Notes under the pieces: model-generated
Databases searched by the model: none
What the model was told of the DNA's origin: nothing
The model's input: only the letters and a program-made list of their open reading frames with translations
In this document: piece after piece, positions 13,220-27,086 of the stretch
How the letters are laid out: each line of letters begins with the position of its first letter
How positions within the stretch are numbered: position 1 is the stretch's first letter
Assembly: GCA_012295275.1 (NCBI GenBank)
Contig: CM022674.1
Span: 12,834,001 to 12,898,000, forward strand
Direction of reading: 5' to 3'
Source of the DNA: Chrysomallon squamiferum
Lineage: Eukaryota > Animalia > Mollusca
DNA: 64,000 nucleotides
Program-made: the position numbers and the translations under genes

Positions 13220-14330
13220 AATACCAGTCGATTTTAGTGCATTGTTTTGGATTTCAAATACCGGTCGATTTTCTGTTACTATGCGTATAAACACGCTTCG
13301 GTTTTATGTAGCTGTACATCTGATTAATAGGTTTTTATATCATTGGTTGGATTCAGTCGATTATTCTGTTATTGTATATTTGTAAATACGCTCCAGTTTT
13401 GTTTTATCATTGCACATTGGAATAACAGTTCTTTTTTTTGGGGGGGGTTTAATTGTTGTTGTTTTTTATCACTGGTTAGATACAAATACCAAAGATTTTC
13501 TGAAACTGGATACGTAAATATAATTTTTTTGTTATATCACTACACATTTAAGTTTATGTATTTGCTAATATAAATAACCCGGTTTTTATATCATTGCAAA
13601 TTTAAATAACTGTTGATTTTTCATAATTAAAAATTCGTATTCCTTGAATAGGTGTAGAAATCATACTATGTCGATTAGAAAAACAATGAAATCAGTAATC
13701 GTTTTTAATATCACCTCCAACTTAAAAAACCAGTAAATAATTTACTTCATAGATCATTTAATTTCCAGTCGATTTTAAATCACAAAATAGGTTTAAATCC
13801 TAGGATATTGATATTACTGTAAATATAAAAGAAACCTTTTTAAACTCTGTCACATTTGAATAAACTTAGATCTTTCTGCAGTTAAATATCACCTGAATTT
13901 ATTTGATAGACGATGGGTTGTTGTCACTCTCAGCCAAAAACACTGTTTATATATAGTTTAAACTTGTATCAAACAAATACTTACATATCATTATATATAT
14001 ATGCAGACCTTCTCTCAACTTTCAGTCTATTCTATGTTTCTGTTCGTTTAAATACCAAATAATTTTAAATTACTGTACACTGAAAAACAGTGGATTTCAT
14101 AAAATCTGTGATATTTATATAACAATCGCGTTAATTATAAACAAACACACTAATAGTCCAGGTATGTTTATATCAAGATAGACTTAAATTTCAGTATAGT
14201 TTGTCTGAATGTACACTTACATTTTGGTGAACGCGCTTTTAAAGTTCAGATGCTTACATGCGACTGTAGACTTAGATTTCAGTGTTCTTCATATGAATGC
14301 ACAATTAAATTACATTCGAATCAGTTTAAC
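13220..14330. repeat. Highly decayed ~35-bp minisatellite directly upstream of the coding exon
   Basis: Recurring ATA(C)CAGTCGATTTT / TTTTATATCATTGCA(C/A)ATTT(G/A)AATAAC-like segments; boundaries approximate. Confidence 0.5.
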
Positions 14331-14924
14331 GTAGATGAATAAAACACAAGTACATTTTATGTTGTTACTGATGCAAATATCACATGTAGATTATTAATTA
14401 AAAAGAAATTTATCTTATTAAATTATTTTTATAATTAATTATTTTTCTTGAATTTATCTTATTAAATTGTTTTTATAATAAATTAATTAAATTACGTATA
14501 GCTACAAACTGTTATCTCTCCTGATTTTTGTTTCCAAACAAAGTGTTATTTTACAGAACAGCTATCATCTGATATGGTTTTTTTTTAATGTCTCAAACTT
14601 TTATATTTCCACTGAAGAATCTCTTTAGCATTCAATAAGCTCTTCTTGATATTAAATTAAAACAATTATCACTTATTTCCTTTTGACTCAAAGTGGATGG
14701 AAATAAAACTGGTTTGAACATTCCGACATACGAACAGACACGAGGAAACGTTTGTTTATACTAATCAGGTTTCCGAACATTCAACACAAACCAAATTGTT
14801 TTTCATTTCCAGGGAATACTCTCCATGCAGAAATACAACTCAAACAGTGCAACTCGGCAAACACGTAAATATCAGATTACTTCATTAACTCCTTTTTTTT
14901 ATTTCCACGAATTTAATGAAGACA

Positions 14925-15065
14925 CAGGTGTGAATTAATTATCCATGTTGACAGGTGAGAGTTAATTATCCAGGTGATAATTAAAATCACGTTCGCAGGT
15001 ACTACTCAGGTGTTACGTTGCTATCCAGTAGACAGGTGATATTTTGTTGTTTCGTCAGACAGGTG
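14925..15065 (+). promoter_or_regulatory. Homotypic cluster of CAGGTG E-boxes (enhancer/silencer candidate)
   Basis: CAGGTG at 14925, 14952, 14971, 15007, 15033 and 15060, plus CAGGTA at 14996, all in one orientation and interleaved with TAATTA motifs. Confidence 0.5.
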
Positions 15066-15074
15066 TGATTCCGC

Positions 15075-15116
15075 TGTCCGGATAGGATACTGTCCGGATA
15101 GGATACTGTCCGGATA
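15075..15116. repeat. 16-bp tandem repeat (TGTCCGGATAGGATAC) x2.6
   Basis: Units start at 15075, 15091 and 15107. Confidence 0.9.
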
Positions 15117-15215
15117 AACAAACGTAACGTTAACTTTTTTTTTCAGTAATGACGTTTTATACCTGTTTTGTTCGTCTGAACCAAAATTAGCAGATGTGAG
15201 ATGCACGCGCTGTAA

Positions 15216-15224
15216 ACTCACCTT
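15216..15224 (-). other. Candidate 5' splice donor (AAG|GTGAGT) of an upstream non-coding (5'UTR) exon
   Basis: Consensus donor ~2 kb upstream of the coding exon on the same strand. All three frames upstream of it contain stops within ~50 nt. Confidence 0.3.
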
Positions 15225-16129
15225 CTGTCTATCTAATTCTATCTGTCTCTCTTGGTCTTTCTCCTTCTACATTCTCATATATCTATCTTTTTCTCGTTTT
15301 TGTATCTATTTCTTTGTCCGGTATTCTTGTCTTTGGCGTTACTTTTTGTCGGTATATTTCCTTTGACGTTTTACGTATGTAACATATCTCTGTATATTCA
15401 ATGATTCACTGGAGCTCTTTCTTTAAACGAAACTTTCTTTATGTCTGTTTTTCTCTGAGAACTTTTTTGTTTAAGCTTTTTTCTTTGTCGGTATCCGTGT
15501 TTCTCTCCCGTTCTGTTTTTCTCTTCTCTTCTCTCTTCTTCTGTCTCTCGTTGCTAGAATGTTCTGCTCTCTCTCTCTCTCTCTCGCTGTTTCGGTATGT
15601 CTCCGATATTCTGTTTCTTTATGTCCGAGTTTCTGTTTTCTCCGTTTCTTTCTCTTTCTGTCGTGTTTCGGATCAATCCCACACAGACTACGTACAGATT
15701 CGCTTCAGTGTTTGTCTCTCCTTTCACTCTGTTTCTATTAATATTTATACACACAATGACAATGATTCATTACGTTTTTTTATATTTTCTTTTTTTGTAC
15801 GTACGTACGTGTTTAACTTTGTATTTCAGTTAATCCGTATTTCTGTCCGCGTTTCATCTAAATCATAACACTATCTCTATGTACGAATTAATCGACAACA
15901 CAAATCCCTATGTGCGTATTCTCCACTGTTTGAATTAATCCAAAGCACAGTCTTTGTATGTACGTATTTTCCCCCTTAATCCATAACACTCGCTCTGCGT
16001 GCGTACACTAACTCTCTGTCCGTGTTTAACACCTAACACACGCTGTACGTGCGTGTCTGTCTCTGGGTTTCTGTTGTTATCGCTGTGGCTCTCTCTCTGT
16101 CTCTCTCTCTCTCTCTCCAGGTATGTAAC

Positions 16130-16900
16130 TTATTACTGCGTGTCGCAACAATCAATACACTCAAGTGCTTTGATCCGTTCTTCGTGGCTTCATTTGTCTT
16201 CGGGCCGTAATTGCATTCTTCCACCCATTGGTCGTTCTGTTGACAGCGCTGTGAGGATTCTCGGGAAACAAAACAAACACACGGCTACGCTACGTGTTTA
16301 ATTTTCGTCTCTCTTCTTTTCGCTTCTCTCTCGCAGCGAGGCTTCGGCTCTCCTCCCGAGCTTTGGACATCGTCGAATCCCAGCTTTGCGTCGTCTAGCT
16401 CGCCTGTCAGAAGTTTTCCAAGTCGGCTCGTCGAGTCAGGCTTAACCGATCTCCGTAACATCCAGTTAATTTGCAAAGTGACAGCTCGCTGTCAAGGACT
16501 GGAATTCCTCGAGATCCCTCTCTATTATCGCTTATGGCACTTACTGCGGGCGCCCAATCCCTTCCCCGTTTCTCCTTTCTTCTGTGTAATTCCATGCAAC
16601 AATGCTGCGTGTTGTCTTTTGAGCGTAACGGCGGATAGCTACTGTGAAAATAGTTGATCGATTGAGTCGATCTCGGGTTCGGACCAGAGTGCGGTTACTT
16701 TTTAACCACACAGATATTGTCAGCTCTCGGAATCATTGCCACATATTGGACCGACAGAAAATATTTACATTGCTATCACTTGCTTTACAAGGATTCGACG
16801 GCGCTCGACATCTCTCGGGCCCCTAGGCAAACACGGCTTCCACAGACAAGCGACGAGTAACGAGTTTTAACGAGCACTAACGATGTTTGTCGAAAATGAA
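16130..16900. promoter_or_regulatory. CpG-rich island, candidate promoter/first-exon region of the minus-strand gene
   Basis: Locally high GC/CpG in an AT-rich background ~3 kb upstream of the exon. Contains a minus-strand GCA|GTAAGT donor at 16544 and a TGACAGC-TC-GCTGTCA inverted repeat at 16479-16494. Confidence 0.3.
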
Positions 16901-17766
16901 GATGTGTTTTAACGGGGCGAAGTGCCACCGAAATCAAATTTACTTTATTTTTTCCCCCCCTCTCTCTCTTCTTTCTTCAAATATTCGTTTTCTTGACTCA
17001 TTTTTAAACACAGAAAAAAACCTCTTGCGATCTACTGCCAATAAAACATTTCTGTTTTCAAATAAACCAACTGAAAATGAAAGATATTGACCAATACGAT
17101 GTGATTTTGTTAAAGTGGGTGGCTTTTATGCCCAGTAAGTCGAGGTTTTATTAAAGTCAATGAGTTTTTGTGACGGATAAAACGAGGCTTTTATTTCAGG
17201 TGGAATCCGATTAATAATGTTTGTTCACGAGTATTTATTTTGTCTTTACAAATAATTTTCGTAGTTAAAGCTAAATTCACACCTGCTGAGTTAACGGAAC
17301 GATTTATTTTGTCGCTATGAAGACATCAATAAAATAGGATGGGTAAAGACTATTTCATATGGGTTAATTGATAAGAAAATGTTCTAGTGATTTATACGCC
17401 ATTATAGACGTTTAATAATAAACAAATTAAAGGTTCATTAAAAAGAGCTAAATAAAAGTAATAGTTATAACGACATAACTTTAGTGATAGATCGAAACAG
17501 TTTGTTTATTCATGAAATCTGAAAACAGAACTGATTTCGAAATAAAATGAAACTTGAGATATCAAACGATTATTTTATTTTGATAACAGATAAAATTTAC
17601 CGATTTGAAAATCTGCTTTTAACGTAATTTTTTCCAGTATGGGATTACACAGTAAGTGTTTTTGTTAATCTAAGCTGCATACCAAACAACAGAAAATAAT
17701 AGTAATAATTTTTAAAAAATACAAATATAATTTAAAAAAAGATAAAAGACGATAAAAAAAAATAAG

Positions 17767-17836
<70 letters not shown>

Positions 17837-18239
17837 AAGAAAAAGAAGAAAAAGATGAAGAAAAAGGAGAAGAAAAAGAAGAATAATAAAAAAAAATAAT
17901 AAAAAAAATAAAATAATAATAAAAAAATAAAAACAAAAATAAAAATAAAAATAAAAATAAAAATAAAAAAAAAAAAAAAAAAAAAAAAAAATAAAATTAA
18001 TAATAATAATTTTCGCAGATAATCCTAATAATGCAGATTGATCTTTTGGGAAATACAATAAATTCACGTCGAAACAATTAGAATTGTGAGACTAAATTTT
18101 TATCATAACTCCAACAGATTGAAATAAACCGGTGAGAAATAATAACTGTCAAATTCAGCTTAGAAAATGAAATAGAGTGCGGTGAAAAGAGCGTAATTTT
18201 CAGGAGAAAACCAGTTAAGACTTCACTGAAACCTTTTAC

Positions 18240-18520
18240 GTTCATTACGCCGAAAGATCGTTCTGATAACCGGTTATAATTACCGGCTACAACCGGTTTT
18301 CAATTTTCTTCAAAATCATTACGCTGCAACGGCGCATGAAATGCCAGTTATAAACGAAATCGTCAAATTCATTACGCTGTTCTACCTATGCACCGAATTG
18401 CCAGTTATAACTGGCGTCTTTATATTTGTTACGCTGCAAAAGACGAGTTGGGAACCAGTCACAAAACCGAATTCCGAAAACCGATTACGCCGCAACAGCA
18501 AGCAGAAAACCAGTTTAACT
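18240..18520. repeat. Decayed ~55-70-bp tandem repeat, 5 copies
   Basis: TTACGC(T/C)G at ~18245, 18319, 18372, 18429 and 18486, each followed ~20-30 bp later by CC(A/G)GT(T/C). Confidence 0.7.
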
Positions 18521-18916
18521 CGAATGTCGCGGTGCGAAAATTATTTTCAAATTCTCATAAATGAGCAATTTCGCTGACGGTAAACAACGTCATGACGACA
18601 TCACCTTCATGGCAGAAAATGAATTATTTTTACTAAGAAAAAAAAAAAAAAAAAAAAAATAAAAATAGTCGGTGTCTACAAAAACTCTTCATAAGAACAA
18701 AATTACTTTGCAACTTTCCGATGCAGTGGACGTTTGGGTTGTTAATATTTTTTTTTTTTTCATCGTTTCAAATCAGGCTTTAAGTTCATTATGAGAAAGC
18801 AATTTTGATGAAAAGAATTTTCCAGAAATTTCTTGTTTAGTAACAAGCACCTGACGAGAATGAGCTATAATATGTGTAAATTAAATTACATATTGACTGC
18901 CTTTGTGAGCGCGCGA

Positions 18917-19015
<99 letters not shown>

Positions 19016-19965
19016 AAAAAAATAAAAATAAAAATAAAAATAAAAATAAAATAAAATAAAAATAAAAATAAAATAAAATAAAATAAAAATAAAAATAAAT
19101 AAAATAAAATAAATAAAATCTCGGATGACAAAACCACATGACTAACAAAACGCAATGACCCTTTTTATTCCGTCTGCACATTCCACAGCCTCAAACGAGA
19201 TCTCGCGAGACCTGATAATTTGCCCCGAACAATAACCCATTACGTCATACACTCTGCAATGACGTCACGGTGGACGGGCTAAGGTGTGAAATCTAAACAA
19301 TGCTTCTAAATTTGTAGTAAACGAAAGGAGTTTATCGACTCGACTCTGTGGGAACAATTTGCGTGCAGGCTTCAGATCAATATCTACAACTGCGGTCAAT
19401 AATTGATTGCAGAGCTTACCTGGATCCAGGTTAATTACAGGTGCACGATTCGTTGTGTTGTTCAAAAGGCAACACCTGTATAGTAAACAGGTGAAAATAG
19501 ATCTAAAGATCGACGATGATGTAAAAACAGATTAATAACGAGAGAGAGGTAAATAAAACTTGATATAACACATAGTGAAGGTTGTTTGTTATTTACTGAC
19601 GTAATTTAGCTGACATTTTGTGTTGTGTGTAAAGCAACAAACCGAAACACGAGATTCTGTTTGTTTTTTTCAAGCATCAAGATTTCTTTTGTACACAGCC
19701 GTCTGACATTTTGTATTCTTTTCTTTTTTTCCTCCCTTCTTTCATTCATTCATTCATACTTTCTTTCTTTCTTTCTTATATATATTTTATTTTAGATTCC
19801 GTTTCTTCGCATTAGTTTCTTGTTTTCTGTCTGTCTGCTTGTCTGTCTATTTTCTAACAAAAGTATCTTAGAGATAGTAGTAGTATTAGCAGTAGTAGTA
19901 ATAGTGGTAACAGTCGTAATTTTAATGACAGTAATACTAGTTGTAATGAAACTATAGATCTAGTA

Positions 19966-20016
<51 letters not shown>

Positions 20017-20467
20017 CAGTTGTTGCTGTTGTGTTATTTGTGTTTGAATCCTTACTCGAAGAATGTACTTTTAACAATTTAATTAATGATTGAATGAATT
20101 AATTAATTTATTTATTTACTTTTCAAAAATTAATTGTAAGTTTAAAATATGTACTCTTAGCCAGAACGAGTTTCAAAATAAAATATGTCTTAAAATTAAA
20201 AAAATTTGTCACGTTGTTTTTCTTCGAAAAATCGAAACTTGCGAACGTGAGCGGAAGAGGGAACATTCGTTACAATTTCCGCTTAATCACGTGATCTACG
20301 AGATTGGTTCGCATTCCAGACTATCACGTTACAATTATTTTTACAACTAATGACGTTTTTATTTTTATTTTCCAAGCATTAAGAAGTAGAATAAATTCAG
20401 AGGCTGTAAACACAACGAATTTTAGTCGACTGTGGCTGTAAATTTTCTGCTAATTCATTCATAATGC

Positions 20468-20500
<33 letters not shown>

Positions 20501-20845
20501 CTGTTTTCTAAATACGAAAGATTACCAAAAGAGACAGAGAACTCTCAAATCGATTTATAATTAAGTTATTATTTTTTCTTTGTCTTTATTTAGACGGGAA
20601 TGATAAATATCAGAAAATTTATTTTATAATTACTGTATTAAATTTCTACAGCTGCAGTTTGTGTTCAATACTGCCGTTAGCAGATACTGAAAAATTACGT
20701 AAATGTATTTTGTGCCAGAATTATTATTAATACTACAACTGCTGCTACTACTGCTGCTACTTCTACTTCTACTGCCACTGCAACAAATGCTACCACTACT
20801 ACAACTACTACTACTATAACTACTATAACTGCTACTACTACTTCG

Positions 20846-20893
<48 letters not shown>

Positions 20894-21237
20894 GTTGTTG
20901 TTATTATTATTACTGTTTTTGTGATGATGGCTATGGTGGTGTTGCTGTGCTGTTGTTTTTGTTATTATTAATATTATTACCATTAAACTACACTCTTAAT
21001 GATGCTTTGCAGTTTCAAGTGATTGTTTCACTTTACAGTATCTCTACTTTGCTAATAATAAAGTACGACTGTAAAATAATGTACTATTTATAGAAGCAAC
21101 TATTTTCCTTTCTTTTGTGTGCATTAGTGATGTGAAATGTAAAAAAAAAAAAATGAAAGTAAATATCTAGTGGATAGATATAAACAATAATAAAGCATTA
21201 AGCATTTTGTGGAAGCTGGTATTTTTTCGTTTTATAT

Positions 21238-21305
<68 letters not shown>

Positions 21306-22140
21306 ATTAACTCAAATTTGCAAAACGTTTTTCAGTATTTTCGATCATGCACAGTGCACACATCTGTCTCGAACTGAATGCAAATGGCGCATGTTCGACT
21401 GTCGACTTTGTAAATTATGCATATCTTGTGACACACTCATTGTTCAAGTCCCGACAGAGCAATTATACAAACACACGTTTTCCTGCTTATTAGAGCGACA
21501 TTCTGTGAGAGAAAATTGAAATTGCTTGTCAATACTTTGATGCCGAAAGGTTCTGCAAGAACTTCGCAAACACGGATTCATTTGAGAGGTCTCCAGCGGT
21601 CGATTCGGATAATATTTGCACCCTACTTAATTAGAATTTACCCGTAACGTGATCGTCACGTGACCTTACAGCAATGGCGTGCTTGCTATTGGTAAAAGTT
21701 ATTTAAAATAAACACGCCTAACGTGTTCTGGGTTAATGACTGCCACGGAAATAGGTAGCGCAGGAACAGATTTCAGGTAAACACGATAAAGTACTTTGAG
21801 TTAGTTTGGATTATGAAAACACGTACTGCGCAGACTCGAGCTGATTAGTTAAAGGCATCACGTCCGGCACACGGTTTCGGAACCGAGGTTTTTTCTAGAA
21901 AATTCTAATTAAGACGATGCAAGGGGCGTGGATTTTGAGTTCGATTTCTATTTTAAAAACCAATAAACCGATTTTCCAAGAATAATGTTTATTACATTAC
22001 TTGTTTGTCCCTATATATATATATATATATTTCATCAACTTTGTGTAACACTGTCTCTACTTATCTATATGTCTGTCTGTCTGTTAGTTTGTCTATTTAT
22101 CTGCATGTCTGTCTGTCTGTCTGTCTATCTATCTGTCTAC

Positions 22141-22174
<34 letters not shown>

Positions 22175-22433
22175 GTCTATATATCTGTCTATCTATCTAT
22201 CGGTATTTCTGTCTGTAGGTCTATTGAGGTATTTGTCTATCTGTCTATGTACTTATGTATGTATGTATCTATCTATCTAGCTATCTATTTGTCTGTCTGT
22301 CTGCGTGACTGTTTATCTGTTTGTCTGTCTATCTATCTTTCTGTCTATATATTAGTATTATGTTATTTTCTGTCTTTTTATCTGTTAAAATTTTCTGTGT
22401 ATTTTCGCTGACTATAGATTTGTCTGTGCTAAA

Positions 22434-22533
<100 letters not shown>

Positions 22534-23409
22534 GGAGAAAAAAAAAAATATATGTAACAAAATTTAACTTCACATCTTATTTTTAAAACAAACACTATTA
22601 TCTTTGACTTGACGTCAAACAGATCTTTTCAATTCAGTACCTTCGCACTCTCTCTCATTATTTACCACAAACGTCGTAATCTCAGAAATTCCAGTTTGTA
22701 GAAAGAAAAAAAATAATAAATTGTCGTCTGTCGAAAATGTCAACGTCGTTAGTCGAATTCGCGATAAATCGAGTACTTTCGTTATGCGTTATTTCCTTAA
22801 CACCCGAACCCGTCTCCAGGGCCTCGTGTCACGTCGTTAGGCAAAATACGGAGATGTGCGAACAACAATCAAAACGACTCCCAACAGATCGGACGTTTCC
22901 GGAATTTTGTAATAGAACTCGGAATATCAGCTAACGAACAGAAAAGCGTGTAACCAAGGGAGTACTAAAACTTTGCCAATCTCGGGGGTCGTATCAAAAG
23001 TTTAAATGAATATTGGAAAAATAATGAATGCGTTCTGTCTGATTAATGCACTGTTTAATGAAGATACAGCCGATGGTGAGAAATGCAGGTCGTTAATTTA
23101 AACGAATCTACGGGCACCAGTCGATAATTTAAATGTAACTGTGTTAGTTATGTTGCGCCAATAAGTTGGTTTTAATGAAACCTCTGCTCCAGTGAAATGG
23201 AATAACATTTTTATGACATTTTAACTTTGGTAAATCCCAAAATTAAGCATTAACTTAGCATTTGTATCTTTCGGATAAAAAAAACAATAATAATAGCAAA
23301 AAAACAACAACAACAACAACAACAACAGTACTACTACTACTACTACTACTACTAATAATAATAATAAAAACAATAAAAAAAACCCAAAGCAAAACAAAAA
23401 CACACAGTG

Positions 23410-23475
<66 letters not shown>

Positions 23476-24169
23476 GTGGAAGAGAGAGAGAGAGAGAAAC
23501 ATATAATGGTGACCATAGCTTAATTTATTCTGCTTAAAAATAACAAAAACAAAAAACAAAATACTTCACACCAACAACAACAACAACAACAACAAATAAT
23601 ACTACTACTAATACTATTAATAATAATTAAATAAATAAATAAAAAAGAATAAAAGGAAATCCCACAAACCAAAATAATAATAATAATATATAATAATAAC
23701 AACAACAAGAATAAAACCCGAAAAAAAAAAAAAAAACTTTCATCTTACTGACACGATTTGACCTTACAACCTCTCACGCGTGAACCACACACTTCATCTA
23801 AACTTTTATTTCACGTCACTCGGCGGCAGTTTTGATCCGATCCCTTCTCCACAAAAGAATTAATTTTTTTTTTTTTCCTTTTTCTTCTTTCGAAAAGAAT
23901 TTTTATTTTCTTAGCCATCGCTAATTTCTGCAGACTTTGCCGCGCATCTCGAGTCTTGCAAACGATCCGAGGAATTCCTTGGCTCTGGCGGATGAAGGGG
24001 AAGTTTATGTTGGGTTAAAGGATAATGGAAAACCATAATGTCCACTGGCTGTAAGGGATGACCATAAAAATGGACAGGAATAGCTGGTTTATTGATATCT
24101 GCTGCAAATGAAGCGTGGTTTTTTTCGTTGACGTGTGTGTAACGTTTAGTCGTAGTGTGGTTAGGTTGG

Positions 24170-24461
24170 TCTGACTGTGTGCGAGTATATCTGTGTGTGT
24201 TTCTGTCAGTATATCAGTGTGTATGTGTGTGTGCGTATATATGTGTGTGTATGTGTGTGCGAGTATATCTGTGTGTGTTTCTGTCAGTATATCAGTGTGT
24301 ATGTGTGTGTGTATATAATATATATATCTGTGTGTGTTTCTGTCAGTATATCAGTGTGTATGTGTGTGTATATAATATATATATCTGTGTGTGTTTCTGT
24401 CAGTATATCAGTATGTATGTGTGTGTGTATATATGTGTGTGTATGTGTGTGTATATGTGTG

Positions 24462-24526
<65 letters not shown>

Positions 24527-24860
24527 ATGTATGTGTGTGTGTTTGGTTGTTTGTGTGTGTATATATATGTGTGTGTGTGTATTTATGTTTGTATAAATGT
24601 ATGTATGTATGTGTGTTTGTATGTGTATGTGCATATACGTGTATATATATATATATATGTAAATGGGTGTTTTTTATATATGTATATGTTGTCTGTGTAT
24701 ATGTCAGTGTGTGTGTATGTATGTATATGTGTATTTATTTATGTATGTAAGTTTCTAAGTATGTATGTATGCATGCATGTATGTGTATATGTGTATATGT
24801 ATGTATGTATGTATGTATTTATGTATGTGTAAGTATAAATGCTGGTATGTGTGTGTCAGT
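24170..24860. repeat. Compound (TG/TA/TATG)n microsatellite with 4 copies of a higher-order unit ATATCTGTGTGTGTTTCTGTCAGTATATCAGT
   Basis: Unit at ~24188, 24265, 24324 and 24381. Confidence 0.9.
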
Positions 24861-25976
24861 GTGTAAGTTTTTGTATGTACAAAGATAAATGCAAGTATAC
24901 TTACACCAAAAAAGAATAAACAGAGAAAGAGAGAAGAAGAGCAGAAAGATGCACTTTTATTATTAGGAAGACAGAAGTACAAAAAAATCAATAATTCGTA
25001 AGAAATTTACAAAAATTAGATCAAGTCTGTAGAATAATAGGTGTGCAGTTAAGTGCATACACACAGACATACAAATAAATAAATATAGTTATAAAAAGAT
25101 ATATAATGTATATACATACATGTGAAACAGAGAGCGACAGACAGATGTACAGTATAATACAGAGAAAGCGAGAGGGGGAGAGAGAGAGAGGGAAAGAGAG
25201 AGGGAGAGAAAGAGAGGGACAGAGAAATAGAGAGAGAGATAGAGAAGAGGGGAGAGAGAGAGAGAAAGAGAGAGAGATTTAAAGTAGATATGTGTATATA
25301 TGTATGTACAGACAGTTAGACAGATGGACATACAAACAGATACATTATAAGCAGATATATAAACAAAAATAAGTAGATAGAGACAAATAAATAAACAAAC
25401 AAACTAAACTTCCATCAGAAGGTCACGATAACGTGCCCACTAACAAAACAGACAAACATACAGACAAACATACAGACAAACATACAGACATCTCTGCGGC
25501 ACATAAACATACACACAAAAAAAACTTATCAGCAAAACTTCGCTTCGTGCTCTGAACTGGGGAAGAAAACTTTCAACATTTCAAACTGACGGGCGTCTAA
25601 CACCTACAGACCCGAGCCAGGCTGTCAGTGCAGAAACAACGAAACAATGAAAAATTTGTTGCAGTTTTAACAGCAGAGACCCGAACACAGCCAACTTGTC
25701 GTGAAAAATTGTATTATAAGCCATTGATTTCGTTAATAGACGACGTCAGATTGAACAACGCTGACAGAAAACCAATCGGCTGTGCTTCTTGTCGTGTGCT
25801 GAGAAACATGCTGCGAGTTTTTGTTCTGCGGGGCCAGTCTAGGATCTGACAGTCTGTACACGACTTAATAAACTCGTTGTCAAACTGGTGATAACGTCAA
25901 CAAGTGTAGCGAAGTCACGTTATTAAAAAAACATCGCAAATTTTAAACTTGTGTATCGTTTATCTCAGTGTGTTGG

Positions 25977-26135
<159 letters not shown>

Positions 26136-26260
26136 TCCCTATCGGTATCTTTTTCCCTTTATATTTATCTATCTATCTAGTTACCTATCTGTCTATCTTT
26201 ATCTATTCATTTACTCTCTAACGATTATTTGTATCTCTATCTATCTATTGACATACATAT

Positions 26261-26297
<37 letters not shown>

Positions 26298-26984
26298 TAT
26301 ATAATCTATATATATCTGTCTGTCTCTGTCAATTTGATTAAAAAGTTATGTTGTTACTATCAATCAGAAATACGAACAATTTGTTGATTACTTATAATTA
26401 AATAGTTTCACATCTTTTCACCTGTGGAACACTAACAGTATTATTAGCTGGAATTGGCAAAGTCGGTCACTCTTTCATTTCGAAGACTTCAATATTGGCT
26501 TCATTTTAGTTACGTTCTACAATAAGTCAAGTAAGAGATATTGATATTCGCGGAAACACTCGAACAGAGCTTTTCAAGTCGCAGACTAAATTCCTGGCTG
26601 CAGCAGGGAAAACTTTGATGTAGAAGTTTTAAACAATACTACTTAGGATCACAGGGTTACGTTTCGATTTTTCGAAGTTTCATCTGGAAATCTAGAAAAG
26701 TATATCTTCCCTTTTTCGTTCCTTCTAATAATTTGTCATTCTATTTCTGAACTTTTTATCGATTTCTAAGAAAAAGGTGTTTTCTTTATCTCGCGATCTA
26801 CCATAAACCTTTTCATTTCTGTTTTCAAATTGTCTCTTTTTCAAGATGTATCTTTTTTTTCTTCTCATCTGCTTTTCTCTCTCTCTATGTCTGTCTGTCT
26901 GTCTCTATCTCTTTCTGTCTTCTGTCTGTCTGACTGTCTGTCTCTCTCTCTGTCTGTCTGTCTGTCTCTATTTCTCTCTCTCTC

Positions 26985-27086
<102 letters not shown>

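Noticed and set aside
12560-13237. 225-aa plus-strand ORF and other ORFs overlapping the exon (11811-12260, 12172-12453, 12651-13070)
   Set aside because: Antisense or alternate-frame shadows of a GC3-rich coding exon; no independent motifs.
13180-13294. N-terminal extension MFIRIVTENRPV... of the 285-aa ORF
   Set aside because: Non-ATG start, AT-rich, and lies partly within the decayed upstream minisatellite; probably intronic read-through.
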